The position numbers were made by a program, and so were the translations under genes. DNA of 64,000 nt from a virus (taxonomy: Duplodnaviria; Heunggongvirae; Uroviricota; Caudoviricetes), in IMG/VR virus record IMGVR_UViG_3300047444_000069, positions 64,001-128,000 of that record; one strand, given 5' to 3'. Below the pieces are notes generated by a model. The model did not search any database and was not told the origin of the DNA. It was given only the letters and a program-made list of their open reading frames with translations. Positions 17,670 through 26,207 of this stretch are shown here, in pieces; position 1 is the stretch's first letter, and every line of letters begins with the position of its first letter.

Positions 17670-17673
17670 TTAG
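17667..17673 (-). promoter_or_regulatory. Late-promoter motif (CTAAATA) pointing into the non-coding region
   Basis: TATTTAG on + strand, overlapping the stop of the 17670 ORF. Confidence 0.45.
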
Positions 17674-17858
17674 CGTACCTTGTTTTTGTGAAGTGCTGCT
17701 GGAATCTTCACTTTCTGCTTCTCTACGGAAATCACATTCCCGTCCGCGTCATACTTAGTCACGGTGCAGGAACTACATCCCTTCAGGCGCTTGCGTTCGC
17801 TTCGTTTAGCGAGACGTTTCTTTGCGCTTTTGCTTCTTGCTGGTGCGACGAGTGCCAC
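17670..17858 (-). CDS. Small basic hypothetical protein
   Basis: 62-aa Lys/Arg-rich ORF; last gene of the - block. Confidence 0.5.
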   Translation of the reverse strand: MALVAPARSKSAKKRLAKRSERKRLKGCSSCTVTKYDADGNVISVEKQKVKIPAALHKNKVR

Positions 17859-18246
17859 GTTGTTCCTTTTCTTCGATGTTCTTGATGGTTTGTGACTGTT
17901 CAGAGGCTTCTTCAGCCCGGATAGCTACGTAGACTGCCTTCATCGCTTCCGTGACCGTCTTGCCTTCTTCTCGCATGGCAATCATGCGGTCGAACGCTTT
18001 GGCACGTTCATCGAACGTCAGTTCTTGTGCCTTGGCTTTCAGAAGCTTCTCTGCCGGTCCCCATGTCTGGTGCGACGAGATGCAGACCGTAATTTCCATT
18101 CCATCGTAATCTGAAGTATCAGTCGCGACTACGTTGAACACGTTGCCCGACGATACGAACCGCTTACGACTGTCCCGATACATGCCATCCGTTCCGGCCA
18201 TGATTGACCGTGCGGTACTGGCTACTTCAATTCTCAAATCCCGCAT
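17806..18246 (-). CDS. Hypothetical protein
   Basis: 146-aa ORF coupled to the upstream gene. Confidence 0.6.
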   Translation of the reverse strand: MRDLRIEVASTARSIMAGTDGMYRDSRKRFVSSGNVFNVVATDTSDYDGMEITVCISSHQTWGPAEKLLKAKAQELTFDERAKAFDRMIAMREEGKTVTEAMKAVYVAIRAEEASEQSQTIKNIEEKEQRGTRRTSKKQKRKETSR

Positions 18247-18509
18247 TAGTACGGACCTCTGCTTACTGTCTTGCGTTGATACTTCTCATACCTTCCATAT
18301 ACACCCGTTCCCGAGTAATAGTCGGCCCAAAGTTCGCCGTAGTAGTCCTCTGAATCTTCGAAGCAGTTGAAGCAACTGATCAGCCAGTTCGATTCTTCGT
18401 GGTCGTACATGGTGTTCATGTGGCGTCGCTGCACCGTGATGCAGGGGAAACCACAACACCCGCATCGGACAGGCCGGTAACGGGTCTTGGCGTGTTGTTG
18501 GACTTTCAT
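18246..18509 (-). CDS. Hypothetical Cys-containing protein
   Basis: RCGCCG..ISCFNCFE; start trimmed to the ATGA overlap. Confidence 0.6.
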   Translation of the reverse strand: MKVQQHAKTRYRPVRCGCCGFPCITVQRRHMNTMYDHEESNWLISCFNCFEDSEDYYGELWADYYSGTGVYGRYEKYQRKTVSRGPY

Positions 18510-18718
18510 CGGTCCCAATACGATCCGCGAGCAGAATGCCAGACAGCGCGACCGCAACCGGGAAGTGGACATGTGATGGAAAGGTAATCGCCATCACGCT
18601 GATCGCTGTGATAGACGGCTTCGCCTTGTTTGAACTTGAATGTCGTCTTGCAATGGTCGCAGGACGTGGTGAAGACCTTCTCGGACGGAAGGCTTCCGCG
18701 TGTGATGATTTCTGGCAT
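18506..18718 (-). CDS. Zn-ribbon-like small protein
   Basis: CDHC..CPLPGC. Confidence 0.7.
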   Translation of the reverse strand: MPEIITRGSLPSEKVFTTSCDHCKTTFKFKQGEAVYHSDQRDGDYLSITCPLPGCGRAVWHSARGSYWDR

Positions 18719-18726
18719 AGTTCGCT

Positions 18727-18744
18727 ATTATACCACGTTTGGGA
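18727..18744 (-). promoter_or_regulatory. Extended -10 promoter (TGnTATAAT)
   Basis: tcccaaacgTGgTATAAT just upstream of ATG 18718. Confidence 0.6.
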
Positions 18745-18749
18745 ATTCT

Positions 18750-18902
18750 TTACTTCTTCTTTTTCGCTTCGCGTTGCTTGGATTCGGCGGCAAGCATGGC
18801 CTTCAGGAGTTCCAGTTCTTGAAGCTGGACCGGCATGGTGTGATGTTCACCGCACGATTTTGCGGTGTCGATAAGGTATTCAAGGTATTGTTCGGCGTTC
18901 AT
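18750..18902 (-). CDS. Hypothetical protein
   Basis: MNAEQYLEYL...; ATGA overlap. Confidence 0.5.
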   Translation of the reverse strand: MNAEQYLEYLIDTAKSCGEHHTMPVQLQELELLKAMLAAESKQREAKKKK

Positions 18903-19039
18903 TTCGGGATGAATCCACACGCGCGACTGGCCCACAACCATTCCGCAAAATCGACGTTGTAGGGCTTGCGCAGACGGCGCGACATATCGGCCTTGTGACG
19001 CAAGAAATCAAGAAACATTTCGGTGGTGGTCTGGTTCAT
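18899..19039 (-). CDS. Hypothetical protein (46 aa)
   Basis: MNQTTTEMFLDFLRHKAD...; ATGA overlaps at both ends. Confidence 0.55.
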   Translation of the reverse strand: MNQTTTEMFLDFLRHKADMSRRLRKPYNVDFAEWLWASRACGFIPK

Positions 19040-19374
19040 AGCGGGTTCCCATTCTTGTTGACGGCGTACTGGACCTTCACTTCTTCCGGTTCGTCGTCCT
19101 GATAGTATTCACTTGTGTACTCGTTCTTGTCTTCTAGTTGGAACACAAGCGTTTCGAGATACGGACGATGGAAGGCAGGTTTATACTCATGGCCTTCGAT
19201 GATCTGGCGGATGAAGTGCGCAGCTTCAATTTCAAGCTGGTCTTCGTTCTTGATCATCTCGTCAATCCGCACCAGTGCAGTACAGGTACGAACGGCGAGA
19301 TGATCGATTGATGCGTCCGTGAGAATGTCACGGATTTCTTCGAGTGCCTTGCGGTGGAACATGTCAGTCTGCAT
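19036..19374 (-). CDS. Hypothetical protein
   Basis: 112-aa ORF in the operon. Confidence 0.6.
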   Translation of the reverse strand: MQTDMFHRKALEEIRDILTDASIDHLAVRTCTALVRIDEMIKNEDQLEIEAAHFIRQIIEGHEYKPAFHRPYLETLVFQLEDKNEYTSEYYQDDEPEEVKVQYAVNKNGNPL

Positions 19375-19561
19375 CCTTGTTTGGTTGGCGCTTCAGGACA
19401 CGAAGGAACGCTTGCTTCAGTTCGGTGCGGGCCTTCACGCGGTCAGAGAACCCGCCATCCGTCTGTGCGTGGGCATAGTTCGCCAATAGTCCTTCGAACT
19501 TCTGCAATTCTTCATATTCTTCGAAGGACAGGTCTTTCGTGGTGATCTGGTCGTTACTCAT
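19364..19561 (-). CDS. Hypothetical protein
   Basis: 65-aa ORF, coupled. Confidence 0.6.
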   Translation of the reverse strand: MSNDQITTKDLSFEEYEELQKFEGLLANYAHAQTDGGFSDRVKARTELKQAFLRVLKRQPNKDAD

Positions 19562-19824
19562 GCTTGTTCCTTGCCGTAGTTAAGCCATTCGGTGATCGTC
19601 TTGAACGCTGTGGTCTTGGCTTCGAAGAAATTCAGCGCGAAGTCGTGGCTGATGTGTTCGCCGCCGTCTCCCAGATTCTTTGAGTAGCGCACTTGGTAGT
19701 AGAAGTACGACTTACCGCCATCGACTTTACCCTTCTTGCGCTCGATCCATGCAAGAACCGTGTGCTTCTCGTCTTCGACGGTCCAGTCAAGAAGGCTTTG
19801 CTTCGCTACGGTCAGTTTGGTCAT
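19558..19824 (-). CDS. Hypothetical protein
   Basis: AGGAG RBS; follows a sigma70 promoter. Confidence 0.7.
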   Translation of the reverse strand: MTKLTVAKQSLLDWTVEDEKHTVLAWIERKKGKVDGGKSYFYYQVRYSKNLGDGGEHISHDFALNFFEAKTTAFKTITEWLNYGKEQA

Positions 19825-19854
19825 GTTATTCGCTCCTATGTGTCAACGAGAAGC

Positions 19855-19883
19855 AGTGTACCAAACCTGTTCCTCGTTGTCAA
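19855..19883 (-). promoter_or_regulatory. Sigma70-type promoter
   Basis: TTGACA-17nt-TACACT. Confidence 0.8.
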
Positions 19884-19900
19884 CTATTCCCAGACCTGTT

Positions 19901-20224
19901 TTAGAACTTCATGAACGTCTTGTTTGTGACCGTCTGTGCGGGACGATCCGCTGCATCCTCGATACAGAACAGCGGCATGTCGTCAATCCACACGTCGATG
20001 CTGATGCCGACCGCGAACATGAAGTCCTTCTTGGCCTGACGGTTGGTGAAGTAGATGTTGTCCACCTTGCCAGTCAGATCATGCATCACCTGAATACCTT
20101 CTTCCGGGCTGCGCATTGTCACGCAGTAGACCTTGTGGCCCTTCTCGCGGAAGAAGGTCAGGAAGTGATCCCAAGCCTTCGGATCGCGCGTGTATGTGTT
20201 GTCATAGTCAAGACTGATGTTCAT
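19901..20224 (-). CDS. HAD-superfamily hydrolase (small phage phosphatase-like)
   Basis: ISLDYDNT (DxDxT), VYCVTMR, VWIDD. Confidence 0.75.
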   Translation of the reverse strand: MNISLDYDNTYTRDPKAWDHFLTFFREKGHKVYCVTMRSPEEGIQVMHDLTGKVDNIYFTNRQAKKDFMFAVGISIDVWIDDMPLFCIEDAADRPAQTVTNKTFMKF

Positions 20225-20438
20225 TTCTTTTTCTCACAAGTTCGAACATTTCGAACAGTTCCGATAGGCGCAAAGTGTAGGTACGCTTGCCGCCATTGAT
20301 TTCTTTGAATTGGACTTCGAAATTATCTTTCAGGAAGTCGAACTCTTTGACGAGTGCATCCTTACGGCGTTCTTCCCGCCATCGGTCGCGTATTTCTTGA
20401 AGTCGTACTTCGTCATCGATGGACATTGATTCAGTCAT
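20208..20438 (-). CDS. Hypothetical protein
   Basis: 76-aa ORF, coupled. Confidence 0.55.
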   Translation of the reverse strand: MTESMSIDDEVRLQEIRDRWREERRKDALVKEFDFLKDNFEVQFKEINGGKRTYTLRLSELFEMFELVRKRNEHQS

Positions 20439-20680
20439 GGCAACATCCGGGTCCGCATTTCTTCAAGTGCCAGTTCATCCTTGGCGTACTGTTCGGCGCG
20501 TGATTCGACCGGCCCGATGTCCTCGGACAGTTGGCTTCTCCCGACATGGATTCCGACCAGTCTGATCGATACGCTGTTCGACTTCTTCTTGCCGAAGATG
20601 CGGTCGAAGTTGTCGCGATAGTTGTCCGTGGTTCCACGGCTGGCGATGGCGTCGCCTGTGATGTCGTTGCGTGCTGTCAT
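20435..20680 (-). CDS. Conserved small phage protein (NDITGD..Y.DNFDRIF type)
   Basis: MTARNDITGDAIASRGTTDNYRDNFDRIFGKKK; start trimmed. Confidence 0.65.
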   Translation of the reverse strand: MTARNDITGDAIASRGTTDNYRDNFDRIFGKKKSNSVSIRLVGIHVGRSQLSEDIGPVESRAEQYAKDELALEEMRTRMLP

Positions 20681-20778
20681 GCGAAAAATTTCAGGTAGAT
20701 TGCGGCGGTTATGGCAAGTAGTCCGATCACGATGAATGGTGTTGGATTGGGCGGGGTGAAGCGGGCTGAGTCGATCAC
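20677..20778 (-). CDS. Possible 33-aa membrane peptide
   Basis: ..PFIVIGLLAITAAIYLKFFA; overlaps both neighbours by 4 nt. Confidence 0.45.
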   Translation of the reverse strand: MIDSARFTPPNPTPFIVIGLLAITAAIYLKFFA

Positions 20779-21080
20779 AACATATCCTTCGGCCAGACGA
20801 ACCCATCGATCAGGTCTGCGATCTTCTGCTTGACCCAATTGTCATCAGCAACCAATCGCAGTTCGTGTTCCTTGGCAAACAGTGTCATACCGTCACCAAA
20901 GGTCACCCGATAGCAATCCTCGACGAATTCTGGGAAGCCATCCATCAGGTAGTGGCCGTCATCAATCAGACCAACGACCGTACATTCCTCGCCGTGGTAT
21001 TCATTGTTCTCGTCCTTATACGTCCAGAACGGATCAACGTAGGCGACACATACGTCACCGACCTTGTATTTGTGCGTCAC
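20775..21080 (-). CDS. Hypothetical protein (SH3-like pattern)
   Basis: HKYKVGDVCV..GEECTVVG..YRVTFGDG..AKEHEL. Confidence 0.6.
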   Translation of the reverse strand: MTHKYKVGDVCVAYVDPFWTYKDENNEYHGEECTVVGLIDDGHYLMDGFPEFVEDCYRVTFGDGMTLFAKEHELRLVADDNWVKQKIADLIDGFVWPKDML

Positions 21081-21496
21081 AAGACTTCCTTGTGGAATTC
21101 ATTGTCATCGATCAGGACCACGGCATCGTGACCGTAGTAGCCGTTGTGATCGTTATAGGCGACAAGCTGCATCGTTCCGTTCGACGTTTCGAAGTTCACG
21201 AACATCAGGGATGCTTCGTAGAAGTTCTTTTCATCGATTGGATCAACGTGCAGGGCAGTATCGACCATCTTGACCCCTAGCAACTTCGCACCAACGAATT
21301 CCTGAAGGTCATCGTTGGTCGTGAGATATCCCCAATTCTCGCAACAGCTTTGGTCGTTGGAGATACCGACCTTGATGATGCGTTCGTTCGTCTCGATGGC
21401 ATAACCACCGAAATCATCTTTGTATGTGTATTGTCCAACGACGCGCGAATGCGAGAATGTCGCGTCTTCGTGAATCGCAATGATTACTTCGTTCAT
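21077..21496 (-). CDS. Conserved phage hypothetical protein (SCCE..NDHNGYYGH type)
   Basis: QSCCENWGYL, VAYNDHNGYYGH; start trimmed from 21724. Confidence 0.7.
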   Translation of the reverse strand: MNEVIIAIHEDATFSHSRVVGQYTYKDDFGGYAIETNERIIKVGISNDQSCCENWGYLTTNDDLQEFVGAKLLGVKMVDTALHVDPIDEKNFYEASLMFVNFETSNGTMQLVAYNDHNGYYGHDAVVLIDDNEFHKEVL

Positions 21497-21524
21497 CTTT
21501 ATTTTCTTCTTCGGTTTGGTGTAG

Positions 21525-21737
21525 TTACCGCGTGATTGTGAGTGCTTCGTAGACACGGAATTTGCTACCCGGATATTTGTCTTGAAATTGACCACAAAGA
21601 ATCTTCGCGTCGCCCTTATCGTCAAGGGGTGTGTCGTTGATGATGTTCCATCCATAGACGCCTTCGAAGCCTTCAACGTTCCAACCTGTGTGATTGGTTG
21701 CCAAAGGCAGACCGTCTTCATCAAATTTGGTCTGCAT
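21525..21737 (-). CDS. Hypothetical protein
   Basis: 70-aa ORF with GAGGA RBS. Confidence 0.6.
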   Translation of the reverse strand: MQTKFDEDGLPLATNHTGWNVEGFEGVYGWNIINDTPLDDKGDAKILCGQFQDKYPGSKFRVYEALTITR

Positions 21738-21741
21738 GGTT

Positions 21742-22137
21742 TCAGTCCTCTTGTTTCTTTAGTTCGATGTCCAGCAACTTTGCTGCTTCGCGGATGTTCG
21801 CTTCGCTGACTTCAGACCGGTACAGATTTGCTATCTTGCGATGGAAGTCGTTATAGACCGCATCACGCTTGCGATCCGCATTCCATTGGTATTCGCTGAT
21901 GACCAGTTGACGACGATTTTGCGAATAACCTTCAGACTTCTCGTAGCCGGTATCACGCTCGAACTGTGATTCGAGCGACCACTTACCCATATTTTTGACC
22001 GTCACGTACTTGCGTCCAACCTTCACGACTTCACACGGTTCAAGACCGTTCTTATCGCTGTCGCGATAGCGGGTGATCGTCATGAACAGTCCATCGCCAA
22101 CTTTCAGTTCAACGAATTTTCCCTGTCTTTCTTCCAT
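21742..22137 (-). CDS. Hypothetical beta-barrel-like protein
   Basis: LKVGD..EVVKVGRKYVTV pattern. Confidence 0.65.
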   Translation of the reverse strand: MEERQGKFVELKVGDGLFMTITRYRDSDKNGLEPCEVVKVGRKYVTVKNMGKWSLESQFERDTGYEKSEGYSQNRRQLVISEYQWNADRKRDAVYNDFHRKIANLYRSEVSEANIREAAKLLDIELKKQED

Positions 22138-22274
22138 TGTTTCTTCCTTTCTTCACATGCGGCTGTACAACAAATCCAACAGTCGCACACGTATTCGGCT
22201 TCGCCGCGTTCCCACTTCATCCGGGCAATCTCACGACGACACCACTCAGCTTCAAAGTCAAGCACCGAACTCAT
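22104..22274 (-). CDS. Hypothetical protein
   Basis: CDCWICC motif; overlaps neighbours. Confidence 0.4.
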   Translation of the reverse strand: MSSVLDFEAEWCRREIARMKWERGEAEYVCDCWICCTAACEERKKQWKKDRENSLN

Positions 22275-22494
22275 GGGCGGGCACATCCAGATGAATTGCA
22301 CGGATGGCGTCCGACACGACGAGTGCAGCTTCTTCGGTCAAGCGGATCAACTTTTCTTCTTCGCCAACATTGTTCTTGTTGATGAACTTCAGGACGTAAT
22401 CGCCGCCCTTGATGCGATAGACCGTCACGTCGCGCTGGTCGTCCAACGTTGCACCGATGCCGCGCGTCACGTCTACTTCTTCACTTTGTTGCAT
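22258..22494 (-). CDS. Hypothetical protein
   Basis: 78-aa ORF in the operon. Confidence 0.55.
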   Translation of the reverse strand: MQQSEEVDVTRGIGATLDDQRDVTVYRIKGGDYVLKFINKNNVGEEEKLIRLTEEAALVVSDAIRAIHLDVPAHEFGA

Positions 22495-22786
22495 ACTTGG
22501 CCTGTAGTCTCTTTAGTTCCGCTTGTTCGCGGTTTTGTGTTTCAAGTTCCCACATCGTCTCATTAGCGATGCGATGGTTGTACTGAAGGTCATTTTCCAG
22601 ACCCATCTCGAACACGCCAACATACTCGTATTCGTCGTAAGGTGCGCTGGTCATGTCGATTTCCGCATCTTCGCCGTACTGCTTGGCGTAATAGTCCAAC
22701 TGTTCGCGCAAGTCTTTGATCGTCGTGTATGACAGATCGAGACTGCCGACCTCGCGCCGAATCTTCTTCCGTGTCAGATTCGGCAT
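22481..22786 (-). CDS. Hypothetical protein
   Basis: MPNLTRKKIRRE...; TGATG coupling. Confidence 0.6.
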   Translation of the reverse strand: MPNLTRKKIRREVGSLDLSYTTIKDLREQLDYYAKQYGEDAEIDMTSAPYDEYEYVGVFEMGLENDLQYNHRIANETMWELETQNREQAELKRLQAKYATK

Positions 22787-22983
22787 CAGTAGCGCCTCAC
22801 CCGAACTTCGTGGCCGCACGGCGGACACTGGATGTAGTTATACAAGTCTCGACCGCCCGCATAATCGGAATGGAAACCCTCTTTGATGTCCTTCGGGACG
22901 TATTGTAACGTAGCCCCACAGTTGCGACAAACTGTTTCTTTCACCACAGACGGGTGTGGTTGTGTTGAGACGACAGTGACCAT
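22786..22983 (-). CDS. Zn-ribbon-like small protein
   Basis: CRNC..CPPC; start trimmed to ATG 22983. Confidence 0.7.
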   Translation of the reverse strand: MVTVVSTQPHPSVVKETVCRNCGATLQYVPKDIKEGFHSDYAGGRDLYNYIQCPPCGHEVRVRRY

Positions 22984-23441
22984 TAGTGTTTCAGGGTGAT
23001 TGGGGTGTAGCCCATCAGTTCGCTGGTCTTGACTTCCAACTGCACGACCGGACGACCATTCTTGGACTTGACCCACATGTTATCAGAATTGGGAATGAAT
23101 GTGTTCAGACGGATTTGTTGGATGTCGTCACGATACTCGCTGAAGATCATCACAGCGAAGTCGCCATACTTGACAAACACGTCCTGATCCTTCAGGAGCG
23201 TGGAACCATGCTTCTCGAAGACGTAGCTCAACAGCTTGAACATGAACAGGCGGTCTTCCCGTTTGGCGAAGTCGCGATCCACCATGCGTTCGGGGAAGTG
23301 CTTTGAGATGAACACCCGCGCGTTCTGGGCGTAACACTTCGTCAGGATCGACCGTAGTGGCCCTGACGTGAAACGTTGGTAATCCCGCGCCAGTTCGTTC
23401 ACCTTGGCGCGCTTCACAAGTCCTTCAGTCGTGCAAGCCAT
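22983..23441 (-). CDS. Hypothetical protein
   Basis: 152 aa; GAGGA RBS. Confidence 0.7.
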   Translation of the reverse strand: MACTTEGLVKRAKVNELARDYQRFTSGPLRSILTKCYAQNARVFISKHFPERMVDRDFAKREDRLFMFKLLSYVFEKHGSTLLKDQDVFVKYGDFAVMIFSEYRDDIQQIRLNTFIPNSDNMWVKSKNGRPVVQLEVKTSELMGYTPITLKH

Positions 23442-23619
23442 TTTCTACATCCTCTAGTTTCTTTACATTGTTATCCGAGATTGGGCGCGAGTGATCACGC
23501 TGGAAACCATCATACCAGACGTGGGAGAAGATTGCAACACGTTTGTTGGAATTTCACAGATGCCCACGTTTGTCCGAAATCCTTACCCATTTTTCGGACA
23601 AAAGTCAAGCGTCTGGACG

Positions 23620-23657
23620 AAAAAAATCCCGCAAGTTCGGGCAAGACCTTGCGGGAT
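23620..23657 (-). terminator. Rho-independent terminator
   Basis: 10-bp stem ATCCCGCAAG/CTTGCGGGAT followed by a U-tract on the - strand. Confidence 0.7.
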
Positions 23658-23690
23658 GAAACCCGGCGAGACAACCGGGTAGGAACTAAT

Positions 23691-23879
23691 TCAGGAAACT
23701 ACAGGTTTGATGGTTTGATGTGTCAATTCCATACGGGCACGATGGCCGCTGGCGGCGCAACGGTACAGCAACGCCATCTGGAACTTACCATCCCTGTCTG
23801 CCGTGGCCGCAAGTAGGTCGAACATCTCAACGCTACGGGCACGGTCTGCTTGTGCTGCTGTCGTGCTGGCAATCGTCAT
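23691..23879 (-). CDS. Small hypothetical protein
   Basis: MTIASTTAAQADRAR...; followed by a terminator; start uncertain. Confidence 0.45.
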   Translation of the reverse strand: MTIASTTAAQADRARSVEMFDLLAATADRDGKFQMALLYRCAASGHRARMELTHQTIKPVVS

Positions 23880-23964
23880 CCGTGACACTCCCATAAATAT
23901 TAGAGGAATCTCCTTCAAACCGTTCCAACGGGTACAGCGAGAAAACCTTACCACGTTGGGCTGA

Positions 23965-23985
23965 CTAAATAAAGCCCCATAAATA
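23965..23985 (+). promoter_or_regulatory. Tandem late promoters (CTAAATA, ATAAATA) for gp25
   Basis: Two motifs within 35 nt of ATG 23998. Confidence 0.7.
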
Positions 23986-23997
23986 TTCGGATCGACT

Positions 23998-24402
23998 ATG
24001 GCTATCACTGTTTCCCAAACGAATGTCGTGTTCCGTGACTTGGACTTGGCCTTCAGTTCAAACCCAATTACGGGCGATGTTGCACGCAAGTATGACGAGA
24101 ATGCGGTGAAACAGTCGATCAAGTCGCTGATCCTGATGAAACCGTATGAATCACCGTTTCACCCGGAAATCTCGTCACAGGTCCACAACCTTCTGTTCGA
24201 ACTGGCAACCCCGGTCACTCAAGAACTGATCAAGACCTCGATTACTCAGGTCATCAGTAAGTTCGAACCGCGCGTCGCCTCATTTGCCATCTCTGTTCAA
24301 GACGATATGGACAACAACGCATATGCGATCACGGTGCAATTCATCGTCAAGGGTTCGAACAAGACGGTCACACTCAATACACTGCTTAACAGGCTTCGAT
24401 AA
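23998..24402 (+). CDS. gp25: Baseplate wedge subunit gp25
   Basis: FRDLDLAF..NAVKQSIKSLILMKPYESPFHPE..FEPRV. Confidence 0.92.
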   Translation: MAITVSQTNVVFRDLDLAFSSNPITGDVARKYDENAVKQSIKSLILMKPYESPFHPEISSQVHNLLFELATPVTQELIKTSITQVISKFEPRVASFAISVQDDMDNNAYAITVQFIVKGSNKTVTLNTLLNRLR

Positions 24403-26207
24403 TGACAAATACAATTACAAATCTGGATTTTGATGACATCAAAGCTGGCCTGAAAGCGTATCTGCAATCTCAGGACGACATCACAGATTTTGATTACGAA
24501 GGGTCGGCCATCTCGCGCGTGCTGGATGTCCTTTCGTTGAATACACACTACAACGCGTTCCTCGCGAATGCAGTGTTCAACGAATCCTTCCTTGCTACGG
24601 CCATCAAGCGGGCCAATGCGGTCACGCGTGCAGGGGAGTTCGGCTATGTCGCGCGGTCGGCAAAGTCGGCCACGGCGGTCGTTGCGGTTGACATTGTGGA
24701 CCCGGAACAGACCCCGATCAACCTGTCGATGGACAAGTACAGCGCATTCCAAACCAGTATCAACGGTGCGGACTACACCTTCTACACCATCGATGCGGTC
24801 ACGACCCCGTTGGTGGACGGTGCATATGAGTTCGCCAGTGTCAAGATTTACGAAGGCAAGCTGCTGTCCAACACCTACGTCTATGATGGCGTCAGCAAAC
24901 CGTCCTTCATGATTCCCAATAGTGACATCGATCTGGACACGCTGACAGTCACGGTGCAAAACAGTACGACTGATTCGTTGACGACCAAGTACACCTTCAC
25001 GGACACGATCCAAGGTGTGACGGGTACGACGCCTGTGTTCTTCATTAAGGAGAATGCGCAGGAACAGTACGAAGTCTACTTTGGTGACGGCGTGATCGGC
25101 CAAGCTTTGACGGCTGGAAACGTAGTTGCCCTGACATATCTGGTGTCATCCAAGGCGGCAGCGAACGTCTCGGCCAAGTTCGTGCAGAACTTCACCTTCA
25201 CTGGTGACATTGGCGGCAATACAGGCGTCACGGTGCGCACGGTCAGCAACAGTATTGGTGGTGCAGATAAAGAAGACTTGGCATCCGTGCAGTTCAATGC
25301 GCCGCTGTCGCTGGCATCGGGCAAGCGTCTGATCACATCGGACGACTATCTGGTTGGCCTGAGTAACGGTGTGACATCTGTCGATGCGGTGTCCGTCTGG
25401 GGCGGTGAGGACAACAATCCTCCGGTCTATGGCAAGGTCTTCATCTCCCTGAAGCCGTTTGATGGCTATGTCATCTCGGAACAGGTCAAGAGTGACATCA
25501 CGGCCAATATCCTCAACAAGCAGGGCAATCGCCTGATTACGCCTGTGTTTGTGGACCCGGACTATCTGTACCTGACACTGAACGTGGTCGCTTCCTATGA
25601 CCCGAATTTGACCTCTGTTGGGTCGGATGACATTGCGGGCTACATCACGAACACGATCAACACGTATTTCACTAATGATCTGTCGAAGTACAAGAAGAAG
25701 TTCCTGTTCTCGCGCCTCTCGAAGCTGATCGACAACACCAATGATGCGATCCAGTCGAACATCATGACGATCAGCCTTCAAAAACGCCAGACGTTCCCGT
25801 ACAACTTTCCGACGACCATCGATATGTTGTTTGGTATGGCACTCACGCCGGGTTCGCTGAAGTCCAATGTCTTCACCTATTCGGTAGGGGACCAGTTCAA
25901 CGTTGCGTCGATGTTCATTGATGACGGCGCGGGCAACATCAGTGTGCAGGATTGGACCACACTGAGTATCCTTGCCCCGAACATTGGTACGGTGAACTAC
26001 ACAACGGGCGAAATCATCATCAAGGACTTCGTGATTACGGGTCTGATGGGCGACGTTGAGAACATCATCATCAACGCAACACCAAAGAATGTTGTGACTG
26101 ACGTTGATTCAAACAAGAACCAGATCATCATGCTTGATGATTCGACCAAGAACAATTTGGCGAACATTTCATCCGGCCTGACGGTCGCAGTTGTGGCGGC
26201 AAGCTAA
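24402..26207 (+). CDS. gp6: Baseplate wedge subunit gp6
   Basis: LDFDDIKAGLKAYL..DFDYEGSAISRVLDVLSLNTHYNAF..VWGGEDNNPPVYGKVFIS. Confidence 0.93.
   Translation: MTNTITNLDFDDIKAGLKAYLQSQDDITDFDYEGSAISRVLDVLSLNTHYNAFLANAVFNESFLATAIKRANAVTRAGEFGYVARSAKSATAVVAVDIVDPEQTPINLSMDKYSAFQTSINGADYTFYTIDAVTTPLVDGAYEFASVKIYEGKLLSNTYVYDGVSKPSFMIPNSDIDLDTLTVTVQNSTTDSLTTKYTFTDTIQGVTGTTPVFFIKENAQEQYEVYFGDGVIGQALTAGNVVALTYLVSSKAAANVSAKFVQNFTFTGDIGGNTGVTVRTVSNSIGGADKEDLASVQFNAPLSLASGKRLITSDDYLVGLSNGVTSVDAVSVWGGEDNNPPVYGKVFISLKPFDGYVISEQVKSDITANILNKQGNRLITPVFVDPDYLYLTLNVVASYDPNLTSVGSDDIAGYITNTINTYFTNDLSKYKKKFLFSRLSKLIDNTNDAIQSNIMTISLQKRQTFPYNFPTTIDMLFGMALTPGSLKSNVFTYSVGDQFNVASMFIDDGAGNISVQDWTTLSILAPNIGTVNYTTGEIIIKDFVITGLMGDVENIIINATPKNVVTDVDSNKNQIIMLDDSTKNNLANISSGLTVAVVAAS

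Noticed and set aside
17122..23997. Claim that the phage lacks PAAR or uvsW
   Set aside because: Only a 64-kb window is visible; these genes may lie elsewhere.
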